Made by a program: the position numbers and the translations under genes
Part shown: in pieces, positions 1 to 10,072 of the stretch
Layout: every line of letters begins with the position of its first letter
How positions within the stretch are numbered: position 1 is the first letter of the stretch
Notes under the pieces: model-generated
What the model saw: only the letters and a program-made list of their open reading frames with translations
Database searches by the model: none
Told to the model about the DNA's origin: nothing
DNA from: Sulfurovum sp.
GTDB lineage: Bacteria; Campylobacterota; Campylobacteria; Campylobacterales; Sulfurovaceae
Assembly: GCA_020721775.1 (NCBI GenBank)
Contig: DYLZ01000001.1
Location: 4,290-68,289, forward strand
DNA length: 64,000 nt
Direction of reading: 5' to 3'

Positions 1-1
1 A

Positions 2-1717
2 AGAGCATTTAACGATAATGCTAAAACTTATGTTGCGCATATGGATGCAAATGATTTTTACGGTAATGAAAAATCGATAATTAAAAACGGTGATGGAAAA
101 GTAAGAATTGAGCTTAACGGTAAACTTCTAAAAGAAATAGACGCAAAAGATAAAGAGATACTAGACGGTACATTTATGTCTGCTAAAGCGCTTAGAGCTT
201 TTTATGCCAAAACTCTTAAAGAAGCAAAAGAAAAAGGAGTTATTTGGTCAGTTCACTTAAAAGCAACTATGATGAAAGTCAGCGATCCTGTTATGTTTGG
301 CCATGCGGTTGAAGTTTTCTTTAAAGATGTATTTGAAAAATATGCAAATGAGTTTAAAGAGATCGGCGTAAATGCAAATTTGGGACTTGGCGATCTTTAC
401 AAAAAGCTTGAAAAACTTCCAAACGACAAAAAAGCCGAGATAGAAGCGGCGATAATGGAAGTTTATACAAAACAGCCACACATTGCAATGGTTGATAGCG
501 ATAACGGCATCACAAACCTTCATGCTTCAAACGATATCATTATCGATGCCTCTATGCCGGTAGTTGTTAGAGACGGCGGTAAAATGTGGAATAGCGAAGG
601 CAAACTAGAAGAGTGTGTTGCAGTAATTCCTGATAGAACTTATGCTACATTTTATAAAGAGATCATAGAAGATTGTAAAAAGAATGGACAATTTGATGTA
701 ACAACTATGGGCAGCGTATCAAATATCGGCCTTATGGCTCAAAAAGCTGAAGAGTACGGTTCGCACCCTACAACTTTTGAAATTGCTGAGGATGGCGTAG
801 TTAAAGTAATTGACAGTGACGGAAGCGAGCTTATGAGCTTTAATGTTGAAAAAGGCGATATTTGGAGAATGAGCAGAGCAAAAGATTTTCCTATCCAAGA
901 TTGGGTAAGACTTGCGGTCGAAAGAGGAAAATTGACAGGTAGTCCGATCGTATTTTGGTTAGATGAAAATAGAGCCCATGATGCAAATATGATCAAAAAA
1001 GTAAAAGAGTACCTAAAAAATTATGATACAAGCGGTATGACCATTGAAATCTTTGCCCCTGAAGTTGCTATGGCGTATAGCTTGAAAAGAGTAAGAGCCG
1101 GACTTAATACAATTTCAGTTACAGGAAATGTACTTAGAGATTATCTAACTGATCTTTTTCCGATATTGGAGCTTGGGACATCTGCTAAAATGCTTTCAAT
1201 AGTTCCTCTTCTTGCAGGTGGCGGCGTATTTGAAACAGGTGCGGGCGGTTCTGCTCCTAAACATGTTGACCAATTCTTGGCTGAAGGGCATCTTAGATGG
1301 GATAGCTTGGGTGAATTTTTAGCGCTTGCAGAGTCTCTTAGAATGATCGCAAACCAAAGCGGTGATGCAAAAGTTGCAGCTCTTGTTGCTGCACTTGACG
1401 AAGCAAATGCTGCTTATCTTGATAACAATAAAGCTCCAAGTAGAAAAGTGGGTGAACCGGATAATAAAGCATCTCACTTTTTTCTAGCTCAATATTGGGC
1501 AAACGCTCTTGCAAAAAGCAGCAATGCAGAACTTGCGGCAAAATTTGCTCCGGTTGCAAAAGCCCTAATAGAAAATGAAGATAAGATCATAGAAGAGCTT
1601 ATGGCAGTAGAGGGCAAAGCGCAGGATATCGGCGGATACTATCATCCTGATATAGCTAAAGCAAACGCAGCTATGAGACCTTCAAAAACATTAAATAGTA
1701 TCATAGACGCTATCTGA
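2..1717 (+). CDS. icd: isocitrate dehydrogenase (NADP), monomeric type; 5' end lies upstream of the window
   Basis: The frame is open from nt 2 with no stop. The listed 558-aa ORF looks like the C-terminal three quarters of a ~740-aa monomeric IDH. It is followed by mdh, as in Campylobacter TCA clusters. Confidence 0.85.
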   Translation, partial: RAFNDNAKTYVAHMDANDFYGNEKSIIKNGDGKVRIELNGKLLKEIDAKDKEILDGTFMSAKALRAFYAKTLKEAKEKGVIWSVHLKATMMKVSDPVMFGHAVEVFFKDVFEKYANEFKEIGVNANLGLGDLYKKLEKLPNDKKAEIEAAIMEVYTKQPHIAMVDSDNGITNLHASNDIIIDASMPVVVRDGGKMWNSEGKLEECVAVIPDRTYATFYKEIIEDCKKNGQFDVTTMGSVSNIGLMAQKAEEYGSHPTTFEIAEDGVVKVIDSDGSELMSFNVEKGDIWRMSRAKDFPIQDWVRLAVERGKLTGSPIVFWLDENRAHDANMIKKVKEYLKNYDTSGMTIEIFAPEVAMAYSLKRVRAGLNTISVTGNVLRDYLTDLFPILELGTSAKMLSIVPLLAGGGVFETGAGGSAPKHVDQFLAEGHLRWDSLGEFLALAESLRMIANQSGDAKVAALVAALDEANAAYLDNNKAPSRKVGEPDNKASHFFLAQYWANALAKSSNAELAAKFAPVAKALIENEDKIIEELMAVEGKAQDIGGYYHPDIAKANAAMRPSKTLNSIIDAI

Positions 1718-1800
1718 CAAAAAATTAGTCAGTTTTGTTACTAAAAAATAATAAAACTGATGTACAATACATTCAATATTTTAATATTTCAAGGAAAGAG

Positions 1801-2760
1801 ATGAAGAGAGGCAAAAAAGTAACCGTTATCGGAGCAGGAAATGTTGGAGCAACAGTTGCATACATTTTAGCGATGAACGGTGCTTGCCATCATGTAGTAC
1901 TTCGTGATAGAGATATTGAAACAGCAAAAGGCAAAGCTCTAGATATGAGTCAAGCAGCAAATGCAGCTAGAATGCATACCATTGTATCTGTAGCTGAAAA
2001 ACCGGAAGATATTGCAGATTCTGATATAATCGTAGTTACTGCCGGAAGCCCAAGATTACCCGGAATGAGCAGAAATGATCTACTTATGATCAATGCAGCA
2101 ATTATAAAAGAAGTGATCGCTGATATCAAAATTTATGCTCCGGATGCAATTATAATTATGGTCTCAAACCCATTAGATGTTATGACATATGTAGCATTCA
2201 AAGAGAGTGGTTTTCCAAGGGAAAGAGTCATCGGTATGGCAGGTATTCTTGATAGTGCTAGAATGGCTCATTTTATATATGAAAAGATAGGTTATGGGGC
2301 AGGTCAAATTAGAGCATCGGTAATGGGCGGACATGGTGATGAGATGGTTCCACTGCCGAAATTTTCTACTGTTGCGGGTGTACCATTAACCGATCTTCTA
2401 AGCGATAATGAGATCGATGAAGTTGTCGAGAGAACAAAATTCGGCGGAGCAGAAATCGTAGGTTATCTAAAAACAGGTTCTGCATATTTTGCGCCGGCAA
2501 AATCAACTGCTATTATGGTTGAATCAATACTAAAAGATACAAAACAAATTCATCCATGTGCTGTTTATCTTGACGGTGAATATGGTCATAGTGATGTTGT
2601 TTCAGGAGTACCATTGGTATTGGGTGCAGGCGGAGCAGAAAAAATATTTCAATTAACTCTCAACGACGAACAAAAAGCAAAGTTTGCAAAAAGCGTTGAT
2701 AGCGTTAAGAAAATGATAAATGTGCTCAATGAAAATAAATTTTTTGAAAAAGGAGAATAA
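1801..2760 (+). CDS. mdh: malate dehydrogenase (LDH-like, NAD-dependent)
   Basis: N-terminal Rossmann motif [19 protein letters not shown] at 1801 is preceded by AAGGAAAGAG; the upstream extension from 1735 has no support. Confidence 0.9.
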   Translation: MKRGKKVTVIGAGNVGATVAYILAMNGACHHVVLRDRDIETAKGKALDMSQAANAARMHTIVSVAEKPEDIADSDIIVVTAGSPRLPGMSRNDLLMINAAIIKEVIADIKIYAPDAIIIMVSNPLDVMTYVAFKESGFPRERVIGMAGILDSARMAHFIYEKIGYGAGQIRASVMGGHGDEMVPLPKFSTVAGVPLTDLLSDNEIDEVVERTKFGGAEIVGYLKTGSAYFAPAKSTAIMVESILKDTKQIHPCAVYLDGEYGHSDVVSGVPLVLGAGGAEKIFQLTLNDEQKAKFAKSVDSVKKMINVLNENKFFEKGE

Positions 2761-2761
2761 T

Positions 2762-4159
2762 ATGGGTTTTAGAATAGAAAAAGATACTATGGGTGAAGTT
2801 AGAGTTCCGAATGAAAAATATTGGGGCGCTCAAACACAAAGATCATTGGAGAATTTTGAGATAGGCAATGAAAAAATGCCAAGAGAAGTAGTGTATGGTT
2901 TTGCAAATCTCAAAAAAGCTTGCGCTTTAGTCAATCATGATCTAGGAAGACTTGATGCATCAAAAACGAATGCGATCGTAAAAGCTTGCGAATGTGTATT
3001 GAATGGAGAACTTGACGGTGAGTTTCCATTGGTTGTTTGGCAGACAGGTTCAGGTACACAATCGAATATGAATGTTAATGAAGTAGTTGCCCATAAAGCT
3101 ATAGAAATACTTGGCGGAGACTATACAAAAGATAAATTGGTTCATCCAAATGACGATGTAAATAAAGGCCAAAGCTCAAATGACACATATCCAACTGCTA
3201 TGAGAATTGCCGAAGTTGTTGCAGTTACTGATGATCTTATCCCTGCTATCAATCAACTTAGAGGTACGCTTGATGCAAAAGCGAAAGAGTTTAACCATAT
3301 AGTTAAAATCGGAAGAACACATCTTCAAGATGCTACTCCTCTTACGCTTGGACAAGAGCTTAGCGGTTATGTTGCAATGCTTGACACTAATCTAAGGCAG
3401 ATAAATGATGCTCTTGTATACTGTAAAGAGTTGGCGATCGGCGGAACAGCGGTTGGGACGGGACTTAACTCACATCCTGAATTCTCACAAAAAGTTGCCG
3501 ATAAACTAAATAGTTTTATGCCTAAAAATTATGGTTTTGTATCTCAACCAAACAAGTTTCATGCACTTACCGGACATGATGCCGAAGTTGTTTTAAGCGG
3601 AGCTATGAAAGCGCTTGCGGCAAATCTCATGAAAATTGCAAATGATATCAGATGGTTAGCAAGCGGTCCTAGATGCGGAATAGGCGAAATTACAATACCT
3701 GAAAATGAGCCTGGAAGTTCTATAATGCCCGGAAAAGTAAATCCGACACAAGCAGAAGCTATGACAATGGTGGCTGTTCAAGTTATGGGAAATGATGCAA
3801 CTGTTGGAATAGCTGCCAGCCAAGGAAACTTTGAGCTAAATGTATTTAAACCTGTTATTGCTTATAATATCTTGCAGTCAATTAAACTTTTGGCAGATTC
3901 AATGAGAAGTTTTGATAAAAACTGTGCAGTAGGTATTGAACCTGTAGTTGAGAGAATTGATTCATATTTACACAATTCACTTATGCTCGTAACTGCGCTT
4001 AATCCTTATATCGGATATGAAAAGGCTGCTCTTATCGCAAAAACTGCTCATAAGAACGGAACAACACTCAAAGATGAAGCAGTTGCTCTTGGACTTATGA
4101 GCGCAGAAGATTTTGATAAATATGTAAAACCTGAAGAGATGATATCTCCAAAAGCGTAA
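2762..4159 (+). CDS. fumC: class II fumarate hydratase
   Basis: [13 protein letters not shown] signature and full-length similarity to FumC. ATG at 2762 follows AAAGGAGAATAAT. Confidence 0.93.
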   Translation: MGFRIEKDTMGEVRVPNEKYWGAQTQRSLENFEIGNEKMPREVVYGFANLKKACALVNHDLGRLDASKTNAIVKACECVLNGELDGEFPLVVWQTGSGTQSNMNVNEVVAHKAIEILGGDYTKDKLVHPNDDVNKGQSSNDTYPTAMRIAEVVAVTDDLIPAINQLRGTLDAKAKEFNHIVKIGRTHLQDATPLTLGQELSGYVAMLDTNLRQINDALVYCKELAIGGTAVGTGLNSHPEFSQKVADKLNSFMPKNYGFVSQPNKFHALTGHDAEVVLSGAMKALAANLMKIANDIRWLASGPRCGIGEITIPENEPGSSIMPGKVNPTQAEAMTMVAVQVMGNDATVGIAASQGNFELNVFKPVIAYNILQSIKLLADSMRSFDKNCAVGIEPVVERIDSYLHNSLMLVTALNPYIGYEKAALIAKTAHKNGTTLKDEAVALGLMSAEDFDKYVKPEEMISPKA

Positions 4160-4167
4160 TAAAACAA

Positions 4168-4197
4168 GTAAAAATATACATTCAAGTATATTTTTAC
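4168..4197. terminator. 12-bp perfect AT-rich hairpin after fumC
   Basis: GTAAAAATATAC-attcaa-GTATATTTTTAC, immediately 3' of the fumC stop. Confidence 0.45.
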
Positions 4198-4320
4198 ATT
4201 CTACTTAAGTGTGTAAATTGGTACCACTTAACTGCAAAACAACTTTCTTTTTTTAAAGTTCAAATAAAAAATAACATCAAAAGTCATATAATTTAATCAT
4301 TAAATTATAAAGGAGACCTA

Positions 4321-5496
4321 GTGAACATACACGAATATCAAGCAAAACAGATCTTTGCTAAATATGGCGTTCCAACACCTAGAGGGATTGTGGCGAATAC
4401 ACCTGATGAAGCAGTGGCAAATGCAAAAGAACTTGGAGGGAGCATTTGGGTAGTTAAAGCTCAAATACATGCCGGCGGAAGAGGACTTGGAGGTGGTGTA
4501 AAACTTGCTCGTTCGCTAGATGAAGTTAAAACTTTGGCTTCTGAAATCATTGGGATGACTCTTGTAACTCATCAAACAGGACCTGAAGGTAAACTTGTTC
4601 AAAAAGTTTATATAGAAGAGGGTGCTGATATAAAAGATGAGCTATATCTCGGCATAGTTTTAGATCGCGCAAAAGAGATGCCTGTGATCATGGCTTCAAC
4701 TGAGGGTGGTATGGCTATCGAAGATGTTGCTCATGATACACCTGAAAAAATTATTAAAATTGCAGTTGATCCTGCTATCGGTTTTCAGGGCTTTCATGGA
4801 AGAGAGCTTGTGTTTGGACTTGGTATCACCAATCCGGATGAGCAAAAAAAACTTATAAATTTTGCATCAAAACTGTATAAAGTATATATGGATAATGATG
4901 CGGAAATGATCGAGATAAACCCGCTTATCAAAACCGGAAGCGGCGATTTTTTGGCGCTTGACGGCAAAATGGGATTTGATGATTCTGCGCTTTATAGACA
5001 TCCGGATATCGAAGCTATGAGAGATCTTAGTGAAGAAGATCCAGATGAGAGAGAAGCAGGTCAATATGGACTTAGTTATGTATCACTTGACGGTGAGATC
5101 GGCTGTATGGTCAATGGTGCAGGACTTGCAATGGGTACTATGGATACTATCAATTATATGGGGGGAACACCTGCAAATTTCTTGGATGTAGGTGGTAAAG
5201 CAAATGCCGAAACTGTTGCAAAAGGGTTTGAAATAATCCTTAAAAATCCAAATGTAAAAGCAATTTTTGTAAATATTTTTGGCGGAATTGTAAGATGTGA
5301 TAGAATCGCAAACGGAATACTGGAAGCAACAAAACTTGTTGATGTTCATGTGCCTGTTATCGTTAGACTTGACGGTACAAATGCCGAGGAAGCAACAGAG
5401 ATTCTAAAAAATGCAAATATATCAAATATAATAGCTGCCACAGACCTTGCTGACGGCGCAGCAAAAGCTGTAAAAGCTGCTAAAGGAGAGAAATAA
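4321..5496 (+). CDS. sucC: succinyl-CoA synthetase beta subunit
   Basis: [12 protein letters not shown] start and ATP-grasp organisation. GTG start follows AAAGGAGA. Confidence 0.95.
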   Translation: MNIHEYQAKQIFAKYGVPTPRGIVANTPDEAVANAKELGGSIWVVKAQIHAGGRGLGGGVKLARSLDEVKTLASEIIGMTLVTHQTGPEGKLVQKVYIEEGADIKDELYLGIVLDRAKEMPVIMASTEGGMAIEDVAHDTPEKIIKIAVDPAIGFQGFHGRELVFGLGITNPDEQKKLINFASKLYKVYMDNDAEMIEINPLIKTGSGDFLALDGKMGFDDSALYRHPDIEAMRDLSEEDPDEREAGQYGLSYVSLDGEIGCMVNGAGLAMGTMDTINYMGGTPANFLDVGGKANAETVAKGFEIILKNPNVKAIFVNIFGGIVRCDRIANGILEATKLVDVHVPVIVRLDGTNAEEATEILKNANISNIIAATDLADGAAKAVKAAKGEK

Positions 5497-6368
5497 TGTC
5501 AATTTTAGTAAATAAAGAGACAAAAGTAATCGTTCAAGGATTTACCGGAAAAGAAGGAACTTTTCATGCCGAGCAGTGTTTGGCTTACGGTACAAAGATA
5601 GTTGGCGGAGTAACGCCAAATAAAGGCGGGCAAGAGCATTTAGGACTTCCTGTATTCAATACTGTTAAAGATGCTGTAAGAACAACAGGCGCAACTGTTT
5701 CGATGATATTTGTTCCGCCGGCATTTGTCGGTGATGCAGTTATGGAAGCTGCTGATGCAGGGATAGAGCTTGCTGTTGTTATCACAGAAGGCGCTCCTGT
5801 TAGAGATATACAGATGGCAAAAGCTTATGCAACTAAAAAAAATATGAAAATAATAGGACCAAACTGTCCCGGTATCATCACTGCAGAGGAGTGTAAAATA
5901 GGTATCATGCCGGGAAATATTTTCAAAAAGGGAAATATAGGGCTTATTTCAAAATCAGGTACTTTGACATATGAAGGAGCAAACCAAGTATGTAAAGAAG
6001 GTTTCGGGATAAGTACTGCTGTCGGTATCGGTGGAGATCCAATCATTGGTTTATCATATAAACAGCTTCTTCCTATGTTTGAAGCAGATCCTGAAACAAA
6101 AGCTATCGTAATGATAGGTGAGATAGGCGGAGATCTTGAAATCCAAGCCGCCGCCTTTATCAAAGAAAATATTACAAAACCTGTTGTCGCATTTATTGCA
6201 GGTCAGACTGCTCCTAAAGGCAAGAGAATGGGTCACGCAGGAGCGATAGTGAGTGGGAGCGCCGGAACTGCGGCTGAAAAAATGGAAGCTCTTAAAGCTG
6301 CAGGGGTAACGGTTGTTGTAAGCCCTGCTGAAATCGGTAAAGCTGTAAAAGAAGCTCTTTCAAAATAA
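5496..6368 (+). CDS. sucD: succinyl-CoA synthetase alpha subunit
   Basis: MGHAGAIV phosphohistidine loop. The start overlaps the sucC stop (ATAATG). Confidence 0.95.
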   Translation: MSILVNKETKVIVQGFTGKEGTFHAEQCLAYGTKIVGGVTPNKGGQEHLGLPVFNTVKDAVRTTGATVSMIFVPPAFVGDAVMEAADAGIELAVVITEGAPVRDIQMAKAYATKKNMKIIGPNCPGIITAEECKIGIMPGNIFKKGNIGLISKSGTLTYEGANQVCKEGFGISTAVGIGGDPIIGLSYKQLLPMFEADPETKAIVMIGEIGGDLEIQAAAFIKENITKPVVAFIAGQTAPKGKRMGHAGAIVSGSAGTAAEKMEALKAAGVTVVVSPAEIGKAVKEALSK

Positions 6369-6372
6369 AAAT

Positions 6373-6392
6373 GGTGGGATTGCTATCCCACC
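6373..6392. terminator. GC-rich hairpin between sucD and repeat copy 1
   Basis: GGTGGGAT-tgct-ATCCCACC. The T-run (ATTTTTATTTT) is present only when read on the minus strand, so it fits a minus-strand transcript at least as well as sucD. Confidence 0.5.
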
Positions 6393-6449
6393 TTACAAAC
6401 CATCTCACTATAAATAATCACCAACAACTAAAAACCAATTTACTATACT

Positions 6450-6564
6450 TGAACCCTCTGAACAAACCATTCAAGCCAAGAGTTTGCCACGACTAGAACC
6501 CCGCTAGCTAACGCCTTCGAGCTGCCTGGCAAAATTGTCTATCAGGATTTATTCAGAGGATTCA
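6450..6564 (-). repeat. 115-nt hairpin-forming repeat element, copy 1 (candidate structured RNA or MITE)
   Basis: Reverse complement of 35361-35475, with near-identity ending at the ends of an 18-bp terminal helix. Strand is assigned from G-U pairs that only work on the strand reading GAATCC... Confidence 0.75.
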
Positions 6565-6592
6565 CTTGTTTAAAAAAACAAAGTAGCTTATC

Positions 6593-6738
6593 ATGAAAAA
6601 ACATTCCAAGTAGAAAATGTCAAGTGTGACGGATGCACAAATACTCTAAAAAAGCTTTCAAATGATTTTGGTTGTGTGGATGTAGATTTATTAGTGCAAC
6701 AAAAAGTAACAGCTGTTTTTTTTAATCTGTTATTATAA
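6593..6738 (+). pseudogene. heavy-metal-associated (HMA, CopZ-like) domain remnant, frameshifted and short
   Basis: ATG at 6593 then an A6 run. The frame one base back reads KTFQVENVKCDGCTNTLKKLSNDFGCVDVDL..., a typical HMA N-terminus with a CxxC motif. It would be in frame with A7. It ends after about 48 codons against about 65-70 expected. Confidence 0.5.
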
Positions 6739-6807
6739 AAGTTTAAAAATATCATTATAATTTTTTGGTTATCCTTTACTAAGTGAATAGGGATACCATC
6801 ACTTCGT

Positions 6808-6824
6808 TGAAGATATTATCTTCA
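6808..6824. promoter_or_regulatory. perfect 8-1-8 palindrome upstream of oorD (candidate operator)
   Basis: TGAAGATA-T-TATCTTCA, ending 32 nt before the oorD ATG. Confidence 0.35.
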
Positions 6825-6855
6825 TCTAAATAACAATACAAAAAAGGGGAATTAG

Positions 6856-7182
6856 ATGTCATCAAATATAATAAAAGCTCCTGAAAATACACCGGTATGG
6901 GTTAATACCGCCAGATGTAAAGCATGTGATATATGCGTGGATGTTTGCCCTGCAGGTGTTCTTTCAATGAAACAAGAACCCTCATCTACACTTGGCGCAA
7001 TGATCTCAGTTATTGCTCCGGAATCCTGTATCGGATGCAGTGAATGCGAACTGACATGCCCGGATTTTGCTATTTATGTAGCGGAAAGAAGTGAATATAA
7101 ATTTGCAAAACTTACAGATGCGGCAAAACAAAGAGCTGAAGCAATAATTAATAATAAATATAGATTACCTGCGGATTATTAA
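6856..7182 (+). CDS. oorD: 2-oxoglutarate:acceptor oxidoreductase delta subunit (2x[4Fe-4S] ferredoxin-like)
   Basis: Two CxxCxxCxxxCP motifs. First gene of an oorDABC-type block. Confidence 0.9.
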   Translation: MSSNIIKAPENTPVWVNTARCKACDICVDVCPAGVLSMKQEPSSTLGAMISVIAPESCIGCSECELTCPDFAIYVAERSEYKFAKLTDAAKQRAEAIINNKYRLPADY

Positions 7183-7191
7183 GGAGAAAAA

Positions 7192-8337
7192 ATGGCTACT
7201 AGAGAAGTGATAGCAAGCGGAAATGAATTGGCAGCTAAAGCTGCTGCTGACTCCGGATGTAAATTTTTTGGAGGGTATCCTATTACTCCTTCAAGTGAAA
7301 TTATGCATGAAATGTCAAACTTGATGCCTGAGCATGGCGGTGTATGCATCCAAATGGAAGATGAAATAGGTGGTGTTGCAGCTGCAATTGGTGCATCTAT
7401 GAGCGGCGTTAGATCGATGACTGCTACAAGCGGTCCGGGAATTAGTTTGAAAGCTGAAAACCTTGGGCTTGCTCAAATGGTGGAAGCGCCGCTTGTTGTA
7501 GTAAATGTTATGAGAGGCGGACCATCGACAGGACTTCCTACTCGTGTATCACAAGGCGATGTTAGACAAGCAAAAAATCCATCGCATGGTGATTATCGTT
7601 CTATTACACTTTGTGCCGGTAACTTAGCAGAGTGTTATACTGAAACAGTCAGAGCATTTAACCTAGCAGATAGATTTATGCAGCCTGTTTTTGTACTTTT
7701 GGATGAAACAATAGGTCATATGTACGGTAAAGCAGTAATACCTACAGCAGAGGCTACCAAAGCCGGTATTAAACCAAGAAAAGAGTTTACAGGCGATCCA
7801 AGCGAATATGAACCTTACGGAGTAGCTTACGATGAGCCGGCAGTTCTCAATCCTATGTTTAAAGGTTATAGATATCACTTTACCGGACTACATCATAATT
7901 CTACAGGTTTTCCAACTGAAGAGATCGAAACTTGTAGAAAACTCATTCAAAGACTTGAAGATAAAGTAATGATGCATACAGATGAACTTGAACTCAATGA
8001 GGAGTTTATGTGTGATGATCTGGAAGCTAATGATGTCTTGATAATTGCATATGGTTCTGTATCATTAGCGGCCAAAGAGGCTATTAAACATCTTAGAAAA
8101 GAGGGTATAAAAGCAGGATTGTTTAGACCTATTACTCTTTGGCCTAGTCCGGCAAAAAGAATCAAAGAGCTAACTGATAAAGTTAAAAATGTACTTTGTG
8201 TCGAACTTAATATTAGACAATATACAGAGGAAGTTGAAAGAGTTTCATGCAGACTAGATATTGAAGGTTTATACAAAGTAAACGGAAGAGCAATCTCCCC
8301 ATACGAGATAGTAGCAAAAGTTAAGGAGGTATTCTAA
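7192..8337 (+). CDS. oorA: 2-oxoglutarate:acceptor oxidoreductase alpha subunit
   Basis: Pyruvate/2-oxoacid:ferredoxin oxidoreductase alpha-type sequence. Tight spacing with oorD and oorB. Confidence 0.9.
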   Translation: MATREVIASGNELAAKAAADSGCKFFGGYPITPSSEIMHEMSNLMPEHGGVCIQMEDEIGGVAAAIGASMSGVRSMTATSGPGISLKAENLGLAQMVEAPLVVVNVMRGGPSTGLPTRVSQGDVRQAKNPSHGDYRSITLCAGNLAECYTETVRAFNLADRFMQPVFVLLDETIGHMYGKAVIPTAEATKAGIKPRKEFTGDPSEYEPYGVAYDEPAVLNPMFKGYRYHFTGLHHNSTGFPTEEIETCRKLIQRLEDKVMMHTDELELNEEFMCDDLEANDVLIIAYGSVSLAAKEAIKHLRKEGIKAGLFRPITLWPSPAKRIKELTDKVKNVLCVELNIRQYTEEVERVSCRLDIEGLYKVNGRAISPYEIVAKVKEVF

Positions 8338-9194
8338 TGGCATTTAATTATGATAATTATTTAAGAGTTGACAAAATGCCGACACTATGGTGTTGGGGTT
8401 GTGGAGATGGTGTTATACTAAAATCTTATATTCGAGCTATTGATTCACTTGGATGGAAAAAAGATGATATTTGTTTAGTTTCAGGTATCGGATGCAGCGG
8501 AAGATTTTCATCTTATGTCGATTGTAATACCGTTCATACTACACACGGTAGAACAATTGCATTTGCAACAGGTATTAAACTTGCAAATCCTGATAAGCAT
8601 GTTGTGTGTGTAGCGGGTGATGGCGATGCTTTGGCTATCGGTGGAAATCACACTATTCATGGCTGTAGAAGAAATATTGATATAACATTTATTTTGGTTA
8701 ACAACTTTATATATGGTCTTACAAATTCTCAAACAAGTCCAACGACACCACAAGGTTTCTGGACCGTTAGCCAACAAGCCGGTAATATAGATCCGACTTT
8801 TAATGCTTGCAACCTCGCAATTGCAGCCGGAGCGTCATTTGTCGGTAGAGAAACCGTTACTGAGCCTAAAAAACTTGAAAAACTAATCGCAAAAGGATTG
8901 GCGCATAAAGGATTTAGTTTCATTGAAGTGTTATCAAATTGTCATATCAATCTTGGTAGAAAAAATAAAATGAATTCAGCTATGGAAAACTTAGATTGGA
9001 TCGACAGCATCACTGTTTCTAAAACAAAATATGACAAAATGAGCGAAGAAGAGAGAATCAATCTTCTTCCGACAGGAGTATTGCATGAAGATAAAAATGC
9101 AGTAGAGTATTGTGAAATGTATGAGCAAGTAAAACTTGTACATCAAGGTAAACGCAAAACGATCACTCAAGATGATTTTGCTAAAAAGATTTAA
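8337..9194 (+). CDS. oorB: 2-oxoglutarate:acceptor oxidoreductase beta subunit (TPP-binding)
   Basis: GDGD...N TPP motif region (VAGDGDALAIGGNH) and an N-terminal Cys cluster. The start overlaps the oorA stop. Confidence 0.9.
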   Translation: MAFNYDNYLRVDKMPTLWCWGCGDGVILKSYIRAIDSLGWKKDDICLVSGIGCSGRFSSYVDCNTVHTTHGRTIAFATGIKLANPDKHVVCVAGDGDALAIGGNHTIHGCRRNIDITFILVNNFIYGLTNSQTSPTTPQGFWTVSQQAGNIDPTFNACNLAIAAGASFVGRETVTEPKKLEKLIAKGLAHKGFSFIEVLSNCHINLGRKNKMNSAMENLDWIDSITVSKTKYDKMSEEERINLLPTGVLHEDKNAVEYCEMYEQVKLVHQGKRKTITQDDFAKKI

Positions 9195-9205
9195 GGAGAG
9201 ACACG

Positions 9206-9763
9206 ATGGCTAGAACGGTAATGAGATTTACAGGTGTTGGTGGACAAGGTGTTCTTCTTGCAGGTGAGATCTTTGCAGAAGCAAAAATAAAATCCGGTGG
9301 ATTTGGTCAAAAAACAGCTACATATACATCACAAGTTAGAGGCGGTCCTACGGTTGTTGATATTATTTTGGACGACGAAGAGATATTTTACCCTTATGCA
9401 AATGACGGCGAGATAGACTTTATGCTTTCAGTTGCACAAGTTAGTTTTAATCTATTTAAAAATGGTGTAACACCAGGCGGTACGATCGTTGTTGAGCCAA
9501 ATTTGGTACATCCAACTGAAGAAGATAGAAAAAAATGGAATATCATAGAAATTCCTATTATTACTATTGCAAAAGAAGAGGTTGGAAATGTTATCACCCA
9601 ATCCGTTGTGGCTCTTGCAATTGCTAATACAATTATGAAAGCTATAGATAGACAAGTGCTGATCGATACAATGTTAAGCAAGGTACCGGAAAAAGTGCAT
9701 GAACTTAACCTAAAAGCTTTTGATCTTGGTGAAAAATACGCTAAAGAAGCAATGGCTAAATAA
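9206..9763 (+). CDS. oorC: 2-oxoglutarate:acceptor oxidoreductase gamma subunit
   Basis: Gamma-subunit-like sequence FTGVGGQGVLLAGEI. Last gene of the block. Confidence 0.9.
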   Translation: MARTVMRFTGVGGQGVLLAGEIFAEAKIKSGGFGQKTATYTSQVRGGPTVVDIILDDEEIFYPYANDGEIDFMLSVAQVSFNLFKNGVTPGGTIVVEPNLVHPTEEDRKKWNIIEIPIITIAKEEVGNVITQSVVALAIANTIMKAIDRQVLIDTMLSKVPEKVHELNLKAFDLGEKYAKEAMAK

Positions 9764-9765
9764 TT

Positions 9766-9794
9766 TTTACAGTCCAAACGGACTGTAAATTTTT
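9766..9794 (+). terminator. intrinsic terminator after oorC
   Basis: TTACAGTCC-aaac-GGACTGTAA followed by ATTTTTC. Confidence 0.7.
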
Positions 9795-10072
9795 CAAGAG
9801 GCTCTTGAATATTTAGCTAAATTTTTTAGTTGAAAATACCAATCATCATCTTCTTGAATTTCATAAATATTTATCTTTTTTAAACAAATCTCAAGCTCAT
9901 TTCCATCAAAACTAGTATAATCTATAAGATGAATAGGAATATCTAAGCTGTTTTCACAATATTCAAGCTGATAAAACTCATAATTAAAATCTTCAATATT
10001 TGATATATCTAAATTATCAATAGGTATAAGAAAATAATCTTCTAACGCAAGATTTTTATTTTGCTTTTTCAT
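9794..10072 (-). CDS. hypothetical acidic protein (92 aa), third gene of a small cassette
   Basis: ATG at 10072 is preceded by AAAGGAA. It overlaps the upstream gene by 17 nt. I recognise no motif. Confidence 0.55.
   Translation of the reverse strand: MKKQNKNLALEDYFLIPIDNLDISNIEDFNYEFYQLEYCENSLDIPIHLIDYTSFDGNELEICLKKINIYEIQEDDDWYFQLKNLAKYSRAS

Noticed and set aside
4205-4231. Inverted repeat TTAAGTG-N13-CACTTAA upstream of sucC as a possible operator.
   Set aside because: The arms are only 7 bp in AT-rich DNA and the motif recurs nowhere else in the window, so it is not distinguishable from chance.
6450-6564. Reading the 115-nt repeat as an integron attC site, a riboswitch leader, or an IS200/IS605-type end or omega-RNA remnant.
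   Set aside because: I could not find RYYYAAC/GTTRRRY core sites, and there is no integrase, TnpA, TnpB or IscB gene nearby. The orientation that would make it a 5' leader for the HMA stub and metG is the one with A-C mismatches in the main helix. None of these ideas can be fully excluded without searches.
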